A stretch of 63,944 nt of DNA, filler included, from Rhabdomonas costata (Eukaryota): assembly GCA_019059605.1 (NCBI GenBank). It is 26 parts of 26 records of this genome, joined end to end, with 100 filler letters (N's around TTAATTAATTAA, not from the genome) between each part and the next. Parts side by side here need not be neighbours in the genome. Positions count along the whole stretch, not along the records: positions 46,817 to 49,178 come from JAHMHO010003804.1; positions 49,279 to 51,639 come from JAHMHO010003805.1; positions 51,740 to 54,102 come from JAHMHO010003806.1; positions 54,203 to 56,563 come from JAHMHO010003807.1; positions 56,664 to 59,022 come from JAHMHO010003808.1; positions 59,123 to 61,483 come from JAHMHO010003809.1; 20 more parts are not named here. The stretch is one strand, 5' to 3'. Position numbers and translations under genes: made by a program. The notes under the pieces were generated by a model, which worked only from the letters and a program-made list of their open reading frames with translations, was not told the DNA's origin and searched no databases. Positions 47,253 through 60,505 of the stretch are shown here, in pieces. Each line of letters starts with the position of its first letter. Position 1 is the stretch's first letter.

Positions 47253-49178
47253 ATGAGGTTTCGCGCTCCTGTGATGTCCTTGATGCTTGCCATTGTTCTG
47301 GGACTTCTGCTCATCCCTTGCGTGCACTCCTTGGACGGATTTGCGACAGCAGATGCTAGTGCCTTGAATATAACGAGCCCGGCAAGAACTTCAGGTGGCC
47401 AGCTCCCCCCTATCCCTCTCCTTGTTGTTTTCTTTCTCGGTTCGAACTGAGAAGTGCCAAACGCCAATTGACAGCAACGAGGAGGGTGTAAAATTTTTGA
47501 GGACTTTGCCAACCAACACCCAGAAGAGTTGTATTGCGAACCTCTGCGGATTTTTGGAATTGTTCGATTTCCACCAAATTGCCATGCAGCAGGTTGGCGG
47601 GGTTGAATTTTTCGGCTGGTTTCATTTTGTCGTGTCAGCTCCCCCTTGTGTTTGCCTAATGCTTCACGAGAATGTTTTTTTCGCTCATGGCATACAAATG
47701 TCCATGACGATATTTACCCCAAATCCTCCGTGCCTTCATCATCGTATGCCTGGCCGCGTTCCTGGCGGAGATAGACACGGCACAGACAGCTCAACCAGTT
47801 TTGCCCAAATCCCTTGCCCTTTCCCCTTCCCGTTGTGCGCATTCCAGCTTTCTCTAACCCTATCGACGTTCTCGCTGCCGCCGGCAAGCGTCTCGCAGAG
47901 ATCGCCCACGCCGTGTCCGACGCCATCAAGGCGGCCGCTCAAAAGGTCCGTTCCACTGTCGTCCGCTGGAGCGCTGCGGTTGCTAGAGCTGCCACGAAGG
48001 TGGCAGGGGCGGTGAAGGTCACCGCTCAGAATCTCGGGCACCGCCTTGCACTGGCCGGTATCGCCATCACCCAAGCCTTCCGTCGATTTGCAGATGCGAT
48101 CCCACAGGCTGCGGGGGGCATTGCTAGCTCTGCTGGTCGCTTAGCCGCGTCTGCGGCCAAAGGTTGACATGTGTTTCTTCTTGTACTACTTTTTCTCCCT
48201 TTCTCACGTGTTACTCACTCCTTGGAAAATAACAGGCGGTGTTATTTAGCCGGGAAACGGTTTGACTCACGTCAAGAACCAACTCAGGATAGCACCGTAC
48301 TCAGTCCCATAGGATCGTGTGAAAACACACCCATAGGTTTTTTTTGGCATTTCCTCGCTCAGCTCTCCTATGGATGCTGAAAGTCCTGTTATCCTTCGTA
48401 TTGTGGTGCATGGGGGCGCTGCTGGTATGCTACTGCTGCCACGTCTTCGCTGCTCGTTCTGAGGAGCAGCATGGCATCCCCGTGGTTGCGGACGTGGTGG
48501 GGGACGTACACCCTCTACTTCCCGTTCAAAGGCCAGGTTGTTCATGCCGCCGAAGCAGATTCTCATCGTTTGCTTTTCGTTGCTCAACGCAAAACAGTTG
48601 CGTTTATCTGGGACCGCACACAGGGAGGTGGCGGGCACTTGTTTCGAAGCAGGGGTTGGGTGCATCTTTGCTGTGCAGCCCTGTGTCCAGGCTAACAGTG
48701 CATCTCGCTCGGCCGGAAAGCTTCTGTTTGTAGCTGAGCGTACAGGATTTGATTTGGCGACAGAGATAGGCCCTCAAAACCGTTTAACTTTTTCGCGCAT
48801 GCGTGCACGCAACCACCCACATATTCATGCGCACCCACAGGCAAACCTGTAGTTCCCTGTATTTGTGGTGTTGCCATGCCGGTACAGGTGATCTGGAAGA
48901 GCAAATCACGGAGGTGGCCGAGCATCCAGCGCGTCGAGAGTTGGCCAACGGGGAACCTGCTTGGCAGCAGATGACTGCTGAGTCTGTCGAGGACGTCGTT
49001 CGAAGGCTGCCGTGCCATGAGTATTGTCCCCCGTTGCGCGAAACCCTTGACCCTGAGAACCCTTGTGAATCCTCCTCCGCCGTTCTTTCATCTGCTGAAG
49101 AAGGCAAATCGACCACTGCCCATCAGTCTCAGAGCACCTCCCAACCACCAGAGTGTAATCTCTGCCTCCACAAACCCC
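47253..49178 (+). CDS. Signal peptide + Ala-rich helical region + TM + start of RING finger (membrane E3 ligase-like), 3' partial, 4 exons
   Basis: Exons 47253-47394, 47848-48162, 48363-48536 and 48888-49178 are joined by phase-1 GT-AG introns. Hydrophobic N-terminus, TM LLSFVLWCMGALLVCY, then VRRLPCHEY...ECNLCL, as typically precedes and starts a RING-H2. Confidence 0.68.
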
Positions 49179-49635
49179 NNNNNNNNNNNNNNNNNNNNNN
49201 NNNNNNNNNNNNNNNNNNNNNNTTAATTAATTAANNNNNNNNNNNNNNNNNNNNNNNNNNNNNNNNNNNNNNNNNNNNGGTGTTTTTGGAACTCTGCACG
49301 GTAGCCATTTAATTGGAAGAAAAAAGGACCTGGCTAGCCATTGCAATCGAGAACGAGAAATCATGTCCATTTTTTCAAGTGGTGGTCCCTTTTAGGTCGA
49401 GGTTTATCCTCCCCCCAATGCACATATGTGTGCAGATAAAATTTGATAAATTTTGGGTGCTTGGAAGGCAGCATGGAATACACATGAACGATGTGCTTGT
49501 GCTCGCCTGTTGAGCTGGATGAGTTTCTTTTCTGACGCAACGGACACTGTGGTGAAATGTCAGGCAGGGCAGAGCCAACAGCGCTCTACAATTGAGTGAG
49601 GAATTGGAGTGGGTTAGTGTGTTTTCTGCTTGCAG

Positions 49636-50664
49636 GATGCAAGAGTGCAGGGCAGCGTGACCGCGCACCTCCCGTTTGAGCCTTTGAGAACCACCACACA
49701 GCCCACTAAGCCCGAGTGCTACAACACTATCTGCCGGGATTATCTCAAGGCATGCCCCGACGTCCCCCTCCTCTTGCTTGCGGGGGGATTCAGTATCACC
49801 TTCCCCGTCACCAGGGGCACTACCCACATGTGCACAGGACGCAAGGTGCAGCTTACACTGGCTGGCTTCTGTGCAGGTAATCGTGCGATAGAAATTTAGT
49901 CACAACCTCGCGCAGGGCAGATTCAAACTCGAACTCCATTTCACCGTCACACCGCACCTCCCTTTTGCCTTATCGTGAGGCGGTGGATGGGGTGAGAGGG
50001 GAACTGTCTGCTGTCGCTGAAGCTCTCCACGCTTCCCCGATTTTGGATGGCGCGACCTCTGGGCGACGTTGCTTCACTGCTCGCGCGCTTCTTCCTCTGA
50101 TGGTTGCATCTGATCAAATGGAAGGTGATAAAGGGCGAAGCCGACGCGGGTCTGGGTTCCTATTACACCAGCAGGGCCCCTAAAAAACGCTGCGGGCCCG
50201 GTCCTTCACCCATTTGCCATTGTTTTACTACGTTGCCGTTTTTTCGCCCCACCGCAGCAGAGTTTCTCGACCGCACCCACAACGAGCGCACGCCTCCAAG
50301 CCCACTGCCCCCCCTTTTGGTTTCGGTGACTGGGACAGTATAACGTATGTATGTTTGGATATGTTTGGGCACGAAAGTAAAAGACGGAGGAGAAGGGGGA
50401 GAAGGGGGCTTTTTGATTTCAATTCGCCGCCCGTGTGTGGGGGGCAGTCCGTCTGGGACTGCACTTTGATTGCACACCTGTGCGCAAATAATGCATCCGG
50501 ACACGTTCACGTGCGGGGGTGGCCCCGAACGACCACCACAGGGAATGTGCGACCAGAAGCGCTGGAAGTGCAAGTTTCTGCATCCTCCACTGCCTCTCGC
50601 CGGGGATGCCATGCCTGAGCAGGCCATTCCTGCGGGGCCCACCCCGGCACTTCCCGCGCACTGA
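49636..50664 (+). CDS. CCCH zinc-finger protein (muscleblind-type spacing), C-terminal 2 exons
   Basis: Exons 49636-49749 and 50542-50664 joined through AAG|GC...CAG give ICRDYLK|GMCDQKRWKCKFLHP (C-x7-C-x6-C-x3-H). Ends in TGA. Confidence 0.8.
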
Positions 50665-52105
50665 CCGATCCGACAGCGGCGACGGTGCCATTGTGAAACT
50701 TGGAGGAGCAAAAAGGTCAACCACTCCCTGGGGTGTGCTTTGTTTGCTTTCCTGAAGACGAGAATGCTGACGTTGGTGCAGATTTGTTCCTGGTGGAAAG
50801 GACGAAGAAGCGGAAGCTGAAATAATTTGCAGCATGCAGGACTCCTTTGGAGAAAATGCAACGCAATGCAAGGCAATGCCGAAGTACTCCCCAATATCTG
50901 CTCCTACCCGTCAGCTGGTAATGTTGTATTTTCCCCTTATCACTGCAGCCTGATGCTGTATTTCCATCGTCGTGATTGATTACAGTGCAGCACCAAGGCC
51001 CGAATATAGGCATCGCCCCGTGCGAGCCCTTTTATTCCAAACGCCCAATGCATGTATGCCCTTGAAACTTTCAGGACACCCGAGGCAACCCCAAACAGAC
51101 CAGCAGACCAGCGGAACCTCCCCATCGCACACGCACACACAATTGAGAGTTCCTTCCTTGACATAAGGTGCTTTCTGTCTGCTTTTCTCTCTCAGGGACC
51201 GGACAGGGGTGAGGTGGCCGGACACCGAAGGCCATCATAACCGCAGGGCCCTTTTTTTCCGAAAAAATAAACTTGCTGTGGATAGCTCCTTCTCACGGGA
51301 AGGGGAGTGTTGCCGTTCAGTGTAATTCCGAAAAGCATTTTGGAAAAGTAAAACCTTCCAGCGAAGTTCTGGGTGAGTAACTGAGCGGTCCTCTTAGTGT
51401 CACCGTCTTCGGCATGCGAAAGCTTTTTCCTATTTGCCTGCGCCGTTTATATTGTCTGTCGCCTTGGGGGACGGAAGAGCGAGGGAGGGGGAGGGAGCAC
51501 CTCTGCGCGACCTTTTCCTTTCGGTTCCAACTTTCCGTCGAAAGAGACTGGCGAGTGGCGTCTTCACTGTTTTCCTTCTCTTCTTTTTCTTTGAAGACTC
51601 TTGCCCTCACCACTGCTTCGTTTGCGCCACCCCACACACNNNNNNNNNNNNNNNNNNNNNNNNNNNNNNNNNNNNNNNNNNNNTTAATTAATTAANNNNN
51701 NNNNNNNNNNNNNNNNNNNNNNNNNNNNNNNNNNNNNNNGGGAACGGTTCTGCAAAAGAAAGCGGCCCGCCGGCAACACATGCGGAATCGATAATCAGGT
51801 CTCTTGAATAGGAAGCCGAGACATAAGGTCAGCAGGGACAAAGTCGCACAAAAAACCCATTTTTTTGGGTGTAGTGGATAATGGGAAGCACTTGTCGCAG
51901 CAAAGCGAAAGGTCTACACCACAACAACCTTCTAAACCAAACCAGCACAATCAAGATGACGTCGCCTTAAAGCATAACGGGTGAGGAAAATATTGAGGAC
52001 TTTTTTGGAGGAGTTAAGGCGAAAATCCTGCACGGGGCGTCGGGCTAGGCGCGAGGCGAGGCGTGACACATTCGGACCACACCGCCCTCCCTTTCCGTTA
52101 CACAC

Positions 52106-52978
52106 CCGGTGGGCAACAGTATCCGCGACGTTCTCGAGGGACTTCTGATTGCGTTCGATAATCGTAAGGACCTCCTGTACGGGCCTCATCTCAGCAGCAA
52201 ACTGTGGCGTCTCCATGTCGGGCGGGAAGTAGGCCTGAGACAACAGCGTGGGGAAGGGTTCCCGGGACACGGACCGCTCAGAGAGTCTGCCTCGCCGACG
52301 CAGACCAAAATCCGAACCCCCTCCCCGCCCAATCCAACAGAACCCATCCAACGAAGGGCAAATTGCTTTCTCTTTGGCTGAGAGTTTGAAGCATTGCCAG
52401 AGTAATGAGACGACACTGGCAAGGCAGCAATAGCAACAAGCAACATTGAGCAGCACGGAAATGGCAAAGGGTCGAGCCTAGGAGTACTTCAGGTTGGCAC
52501 CGAAGTGGGCCTGCACCACTGAGCTTGCCTTGCTATCAGAGAAAGAACTGCAGGATGGCACGCTGTCCGTCTGACTGCATCCGGTGTGCCAGCAACAATT
52601 TCTGCAAGCGTTCTCAGCGTTGTGTGTGTGTCTATACATGCCCGCCACCGAATGTGCGTGCGTGCGAGGTGCGAGCGCGTCACCGGATCCGTCAGAAGTG
52701 CAGCGGCGTGGTCGATGTTGCCACGGGTGTGGCCAAGGATCCACACGGAGCGGTCACGGTCGAATCCCATCGCCAGCATCCGCTGAACAGGCTGCAGACA
52801 TAAACCAGGAAACTTCATCCACCCCATCCCCACATTCCCCAAACACAAGGCAATACTCTGTTCCAAACTACTCGATTGCAAGTGCAGATGTAGAGTAACG
52901 TAACAAAGCGAGAAAAAAATCCTGAAAGACAAAGATACCTCTACATGCTCAATCGGAATTTCCATCCAGGTACTCTGC
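52106..52978 (-). CDS. UBA-domain protein, internal fragment, 3 exons
   Basis: Exons ~52978-52939, 52791-52684 and 52234-52106 (phase 0) give VQRMLAMGFDRDRSVWILGHTRGNIDHAAALL (UBA MGF loop and helix 3). Confidence 0.78.
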
Positions 52979-55019
52979 TTGGGGCTTGCAGCGAGAGGGG
53001 GGGGTCAAGATGCACTCGGAGGGAAGAACACAAATAAAAGCACAGCTAACAGGAACACGGGAAGAAACATCGCATATCACGCAAACAAAGTTTTTGCAAG
53101 AAGGACTCAAAGGCACTGATTCCTGGAAAATCTTTCCAAAATTACTCATTTGTACAACCTCATCTTGAGGTAAGCCGTTCCCAAACGTGCTCTGTAATTG
53201 GAGGCAGCGGCAGCGAAAAAAAAAGAAGAAGTGAGTCCGTGAGTGCGGAGTTGAATGTCACGAGGTCAGACCATGATGGCATTATCACGCTGGTGTGACT
53301 CGGAGAACAATTCTTCTTCACTTTCCCATTTCTCCCCCGGGCCCTTCTGACTAGTGAAGGTCAGACCTCTAACTCGGACAGCTGCAGCGGTGCCATTCCG
53401 GAGATAGACGATGAGTTTGTGCTTTTGGCTTTGGATGTTCCTCGGTTGCATCGCCACCCTTCCAAGTGTGGCTTGGTTTGGGGTGGACATGATCGTTTTT
53501 TTTGCTCATTTTCCGAACGCATTTGGCCCGCATAGGCGACCGAAGTATAAATTTGCATTAAACATTTTCGATGGTTTCCTCGTTTGAGGATTTTGAGAAT
53601 TGCTCCTACAGTGGTCATTGCTCGGTGCGATATGCATTTGACTTTATGCTCTTTATTTTACGCAGCTTTCAAAAAATACCACCGTGGCGATAAGACGTCG
53701 AATTCTGATTTTCTGCGTTTCCGGTGTATATTTTTATTGCGAGCAAACGACTCGAGGGACCGCGCGTTGCACAGGTTCATACAAGTCTCCTTCAGGGCAT
53801 TAGTGGCGCAGCTCATCAACCACGGCGTGAGCAACCACTTTCTGGTGGCCTATGAGGAGCGGGCAAGGTTACGTGAGGTCGCCGGTCTGCTCAACACTGT
53901 CCTCCGCCGGCAGCACCGTATGTGCGCATTTGCACGGGGCGGCGGAACCACGCTGGCAAAACCGGAGAGTGTGTAACGAAATGTATTGCTATCAGAAACA
54001 TGAAGCCTTCAAGACTTTTCTGCTTACCTCCTTTTTGGAGGCTTCTTTTATTTTACGTCGAAACGCGCTTTTCTCAATCGACACTTTCACTACACAACAA
54101 ACNNNNNNNNNNNNNNNNNNNNNNNNNNNNNNNNNNNNNNNNNNNNTTAATTAATTAANNNNNNNNNNNNNNNNNNNNNNNNNNNNNNNNNNNNNNNNNN
54201 NNGTTTGTGTGCAACTCCAAGTGTAACAGGCAAACTGCTTGCACGCAGTTTTGGATACTACTTTTTTTCTGTGATGTGGTTGTTCTTTCATCTCACTTAA
54301 GCGTGCATGCGACGCGAGAAAAGTGTTTGGTTGACAGGAATTGAAGGACAGGTGTGGCGTACACGGTTCTCCAGTTTTCTTAGGTGCAGCTTGCGTCCCA
54401 AGGTAAGAAACGTCTTCTGGGGGAACCATACCCCTCCCCCCTCCCTGCACGAAGGTCGTTTTTGGCGGATAACTTGCCCTGAGGTGAGAGGAATTCACGA
54501 CGGACACTGAGGTGAAGCAGCTGGATGATTGACACCAGAACGTGGATAAAGGCCATAAAACGGCTACCAGTACCCATCACAGTAATGAACACCCCTTCGC
54601 CCATGACTGCGAGTGAGTAACGGAAAAAATGGATTCTGCAGAGTAAACAGCAACCTGAATAGTCTGACGCGATGTATATTGGTGTAATATTGGAGAAACT
54701 TTAAAACGCATTAAAGTTTTGTTTTTTCCATTAAACTTGTTTGACCCGAGGAGTTAAGATTGGGCAGGGCAATGGCCAAAGCCGTTGGCCAGGGACGTGT
54801 TAAAGACCATATGTTACCGCACAGAAAAAAGACGACAACGATTTTCAATAGGTAACCCCACCAGTTCAACGGCTGAAGTTATCCCCCCACTCCAAGCCAC
54901 TACGTCCTCAGCACACCCCAATCTCACGGTCACCAAAGAACTCAGACATTGCCGCTAAGATACTATCAAATGTCAAATGCACATGATGATCAAAAGGGCA
55001 AACAGCAAAAAAAAAACAC

Positions 55020-55760
55020 CAGCGCACAGAATCACTTCCCTCCGCGCCAGCACGATCTTCTCGGAGCCAAAGCCAGAGCTGGAAACCCCATTCCCCCACC
55101 ACCACCCATGCAATCCACTCATTCACACAATTGCCGCACACCATGGACAGCACGGTGTTGTGGAGACCCGGTGGCCGAATGTTAACAGGTAAGTTTTCTG
55201 GCCAAGTCAAGATGTGCTGCTTTTTCTGCAATGCTGGTTGGCATGCACCATCGATCGCTACAGCAATCAGCTTGGGTTCAGACTGTTCTTCTTCAGAACA
55301 GTCGCAAACTTCACGCTCAGCTGCATGCCCTGGTTTCCACATCCTTCCTTTCCTGTAGTGCGGTTTGCAGCCCTTCCGGCACACCCCTGCACACCACAAA
55401 CAAATGAGCCTGGTGTCTGGGACGTGGCAAAGAACAAAGAAGGCACAAAGGCGGGGCGATGTACGGTTTGGTTGACATCACGCACACTCACACCATACAT
55501 CTCACATAGCTGGCAGCCTTAGCGGCACGGGGCTTTGACTTTCATTCGTGCCAAGCGCAAAGGAATAGGTTTTGGGTTGAGTTCCAAGCATTCGGGCCAG
55601 CCAGACATCTACACACATACACACCTCACGGCCACCCCCGCAGCTCGGGTGCCCTCGAAGAACAGCCGGGTCACCGCCGCAGAGGTGCGAATGGCCAAAT
55701 TGCGCCGCCTCCGCACCCCTCCGGTGTTGAGAAAGGCCTCCGCGGAAGTCATTCGAGAGC
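55020..55760 (-). CDS. GMC (glucose-methanol-choline) oxidoreductase, internal fragment, 2 exons
   Basis: Exons 55760-55625 and 55078-55020 give GSRMTSAEAFL...RRNLAIRTSAAVTRLFFEGTRAAGV..|..LARREVILCAG. Confidence 0.88.
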
Positions 55761-55819
55761 CTTAATTTTGGGCGTATGGGTGAGGCACACACCGCCACCG
55801 AACTCACGGGTCTCCGCAC

Positions 55820-55992
55820 CCACTCAACAGCCACCCTGTCCCTGAAAAGAGCGCTCCTCCTTCCCGGTATCCAGATTCCAAGCCCTTTAAGTTTTTCCGC
55901 ACCGCCGCTGACAATGTGCTTGCAGTGAGACGTCACGGCCACGGCTCTGACGTAGTCACGGTGTCCCTCAAGCCGGCGCTGCTGAATAGGAA
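55820..55992 (-). CDS. WD40-repeat exon fragment
   Basis: After a TTTCAG acceptor the frame reads RRLEGHRDYVRAVAVTSHCKHIVSGG...DRVAVEW|GT. Confidence 0.7.
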
Positions 55993-57744
55993 CTGAAAGG
56001 AAACCTCACCCCACTGGCATGGACCGACTGGCGATGGGATCACAGAAGGAGAACGCATGCCCCAAGGAGGGAAGGGGTGCGTGTGGAAGTGAAGACATTA
56101 TGAAGAATTCTTTCCCCTTTCACCAACGCAGCAAGGATCTCGCATGCGGCGCCTGGCCGAAACTGAGAGTCTGCTGAGCTATACGTGCCTGTGTCTCCGA
56201 GCTCTTCTCTGCACCGTAAGCAGGTCCCGATGGCCGCCCTTCCGCAAACATGACGCCATTGGAAGGGAAGGGGCCATGGATCAACAATCTCGTGTTTGAC
56301 CCTGTTGAATCCGACCAACTGATCCGCTCGCCACCCTGAACATTTCAGTGTTCTGGGCATCCCCTCAAAAGGACGTGAAGGGCGAGCCACAATGGGCAAT
56401 GTCAACGCAAGTCAGGCGTCCTATTTAACACTTCTCGTCATCGCTTGTGCCACGACTCTCTTCTCGACTGCAGCTCAACTTCCTGCCCCGCTCCGTGCGG
56501 TTCATAGGGATACCCAGCAGGCCTGGGGTGCTCATAGGGCTTATCGAAGAAATCCACAACAAANNNNNNNNNNNNNNNNNNNNNNNNNNNNNNNNNNNNN
56601 NNNNNNNTTAATTAATTAANNNNNNNNNNNNNNNNNNNNNNNNNNNNNNNNNNNNNNNNNNNNCGATAAGAAGGGAGACATGAGTTCAAGTCCACACGTC
56701 CACGCACAATTTCAAGAACTCAAACACACACTTATCTTAGCTCCTGCGCCCCTTGCGCCGTCCCGTCAATCATTAACTTGCTGACAAAAAGCAGGCCGTA
56801 AAATCAACACGGCTGCAAGTCGGAGCACCATGCATATGCACACATCGACCGCCTCTCAGAAAACAGGATATCAAACCACACGGCGCACTAAACCCAACCT
56901 CACAGAAAATTAGGTGTGGCATGCCCGACGACTTCGCAGCGGCACGCCCAGCTGAGGTGGCTGAGGTGGGCTCAACCGGGGACCGGGTCCCCGCGCTCTG
57001 CGACGGCTGCGGCTGTGGCTCCGGGTCAATGCCCCCAGAGGAAGGCGAGGGAGCCCCGATCGACACCAAGACGACCGTGTCTGGGCCCCCCACCCAAAAA
57101 AAACATACAGACAACCTCTCGCACACTGAGCTGGGCGTGAAGGGTAAAAAAACTGGTGCGGGTGCTGTCAGGCACCGAAGTCGGCTCGAATCTATATCAC
57201 GGTCAACCACGCTGGGCTCGATTAGGCGTTAGGCTTAAGACAACTCTGGCTCCAACCCCAACCAGGTCTTTCCCCTGTTAAACATGGGGGCCAGTAGGTG
57301 CCTGGTTGGGGACATAACCGGATGACCGGATGACCGGAGTCTCGAGCAGCCGCGAGACTTACGATGATGATTGACAAAGATCTCTCTCTCCCACCCTCTA
57401 GCACACACCCACACCCACAAACCCGCGCTCACACCCATCGAGCCGGGAGGTGAACTCCAATCCGGAGAGGTGAGGCACTGAGGCGCATGCATTTCATAAG
57501 TACGCACCGTGTTTGGGCTGAAATGATGCGCTGTAAGGGCTAAATGAAAAACAGCACACAGAAATCAAAGAGTCATCCTTTGTCCGATAAAAGCACGCGT
57601 CGAAGCCCATTCCAGTGCTTTCCCAAAAGATTCTGCTGACGCAAGATCCACCGGAAAGAACGGAGCCCTACAACGTACATAAAAGCCAGAAAGCGGAACC
57701 CGTCGCAATAAAAACGTTACGCTGCACACAGCCACACCTCCCAC

Positions 57745-58447
57745 GCGCTCGAAGTCCGTGGATGGGAAGGGCCGAGAGGGCAACCCTGGGGTTGGCGAAG
57801 GGGTGACCTCCCCGTCGAGCAGTGGGTTGGGCAGGCCATCTGCGCCGCTGGGGGCGTCAGAGCGGTTGTCGTCCGGAATCGCCTGCATCTGTGTGCATGC
57901 AGAATCCATCAAAGCTGCAAATTCAGAGAAGAAAACGAAGGAAAGCAAAGTTCAGGCATACATTGCATTATGAGCTCAAGTATAGCAAAGCCTTGCCCAT
58001 TGACCCAGAAAGGAGACTCTCATGCTACGCTTTTCTGTAGTTACACAGCAGGTGTTGGTTGCAAAAGTCACCCAGCCCCTCCAGAAATTGCAACAAGAAG
58101 CAATAATGGCAACGCACAATAATCATAACTTTTCCACGCAAGCCCTTTCGCTCAATGACGTTTCTCTCCCATCTTCACTTCAGGGACAGGGTTGGATTGC
58201 GTGGTACCGGTAGGAGGGAAGGAGAGGGCAGCAAGGCATATGAGGACCTTGGCCTGACTGGCACGGGCCAGGGCCTTGGCGCGGGCCGTCTGGCTGGCCT
58301 TGGGCCAGTCCATCCACCACACCGCTGCGAGGTACAGGCAGGTCATGGTGGTGTAGCCCATGGTCATCCCACCCCACACCGCGGGAAGCCCCATGGAGGT
58401 GAAGAAGGCCAGGCACAGCGACAGCGGGATGCCCACCACGTAGTTCC
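57745..58447 (-). CDS. MATE efflux transporter, C-terminal exons
   Basis: Exon 58447-58248 gives NYVVGIPLSLCLAF...MGLPAVWGGM..G...MDWPKASQTAR (eukaryotic MATE last TMs and DW motif). A probable tail exon lies at 57888-~57745. Confidence 0.82.
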
Positions 58448-59613
58448 CTGCACACACACACACATACACACACACACAGGCAGACAAATACCCAAAAAGA
58501 CACAGAGAGGACATGCAATGAAATTACAAATGGTGGGGAGAAGTTTCACATGGCACTGTCAAAAAATTTTCCCCGGTGCTACAGCTCTGCTGATTTGTTA
58601 AAAGAAGGTGATCTCAACCATGCAGCAGGCCGAAGTACTGAACACACCTGGGAAAGCCTTCTCCAAACGAAAACAAGCTACCACAACCAGCACCACGGGC
58701 GGTGCAACGAAAGGTGGGGGTGTATTTAATGGGAGCGTATGGGAGCACATTTTAAAAGCGTCGTATCAGCCCCCAGATCACGCCCCAGCCGTCCGCTCCT
58801 AAACTAATGCTATCCTACTCGTCCGACCATATCCCAGCCGTTGGCGAACCCTTAGCCAGCACTAGTTTTCTGCTGATGAGCAAAAACAATTATCTAGGGG
58901 GCACTGGCAAAGTTTAAGCCTACCTAACCCCCTTACACAAAAACAAAGTCATTTCGAGGGTGATAATTTTTGGTTATTTTAACAAAAATCTGGTAACCCT
59001 TACCACTCCCCCCCCCCACGCANNNNNNNNNNNNNNNNNNNNNNNNNNNNNNNNNNNNNNNNNNNNTTAATTAATTAANNNNNNNNNNNNNNNNNNNNNN
59101 NNNNNNNNNNNNNNNNNNNNNNGTGGGGGGGGCGCGATTCGTGGATAAGCCAAAATGTCGGGTTTGTGGTTTGTGTTCCGGGGTTATGGGAGCGGGGCAC
59201 ACCCCCTTCAATCGGCAAAAAAAAAGTGACAGGTTTCAAGAGAGGTTTCAGACTGCCAAAGAGAAAGGCCAATGATCCATAGCTGAAAGATTCGGTGATA
59301 CCTCATGCCATTACGCCGTCACATCTGTCTTTGAAAGTTTTGTAAGATATATAATGCCAGCACGCAGATAAAAGCCTCATGGCACAGGACATCGTCACCT
59401 CCCCACAGAACCGGCGGAAAAGGACTCACAAAAAGTCCCATCCAACCATTGTTCACTGTCCACACAGCAGATTCACATTTCCCGTTCGCAGCACATACCC
59501 CCCCCCCCTGTTTCCTCAGAAAGCAAAAGGTGTCAGAAGGTCTCCCAGCTCAAGGGTCTATTGCCACTCTTCGCGAACCGTCACCTCACTTTCCTCATGG
59601 CTCGCATTGCACC

Positions 59614-59678
59614 TATTCCCATTCCACCCCATTCCCATTCCCATTCCATCCCATTCCCATTCCACCCCATTCCCATTC
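59614..59678 (+). repeat. (CCATT/CCCATT)n simple repeat
   Basis: Degenerate tandem penta/hexamers. Confidence 0.85.
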
Positions 59679-60505
59679 AGAAATTCTCCCCTTCCGGTCA
59701 CCGCAGATCGAGGAGAATACCAACCGGCAGATATCCTCACAAATCTCCGGAAAATGGATGCTCCCTTCTATCTCCCTCATCTCTCCTCTCTGCCTTCCAC
59801 TGATTCTGCTCTGACCCAAGGAAGTTCAGAGAATCGAGAAACAATGGGCAGCAGAGAGGAAGCTCGGGGGCCACAGCTACACAAGAGCTACAAAAGCTAA
59901 AAGCAGAGGAAAAAACAAGCGCGTACTTCTCAGCAAACCGAAACGTCCTCACACATGGAAAGAATTCTCAGCTGCATCTCATTCCGGTCTCGCCGCCCGC
60001 ACCGCAAAGAAAGCAAGAAAGAAGGAGAGTTGAGATAGCCGTAGAGGTGGAGGAGAGACCGCTTGCCGGGAACGAATAACCACGGAGGTGCACGGCAAGT
60101 GGAGCAAATCGGAGTGGGCTGGAGGCTGGAAAAGTTGGGATCGAAAAGTTGGACAGAGCAAAGGCGGCGAAAAGTGAAGGACAGCATGAGGAGAAGGATA
60201 GGAGGCGACGAAAGACAATTGGAACCCAGCAGATTCCCAAATTCCCACCGAGAATGTCCCATTATTTGCGATTTAACTATCCCATCGAAGGGTGTCATTG
60301 TCCTTCACCCGAGGAACATCTGCAAAACACACCAAAGTGCACGGAGACAAAACGTAAGCCTCTCTTCTTCCTGCGGTCGGACAGAAACCATGACTGCAAA
60401 ATGCCAATCAATTCAAAACAAAGTGCAAAGAAAAAAGCACTCCTGGACCCAAAAAGTTGCACGCCGTACGCCTCACATACCATGGCTTCCCCTGGCCCGC
60501 CATGC

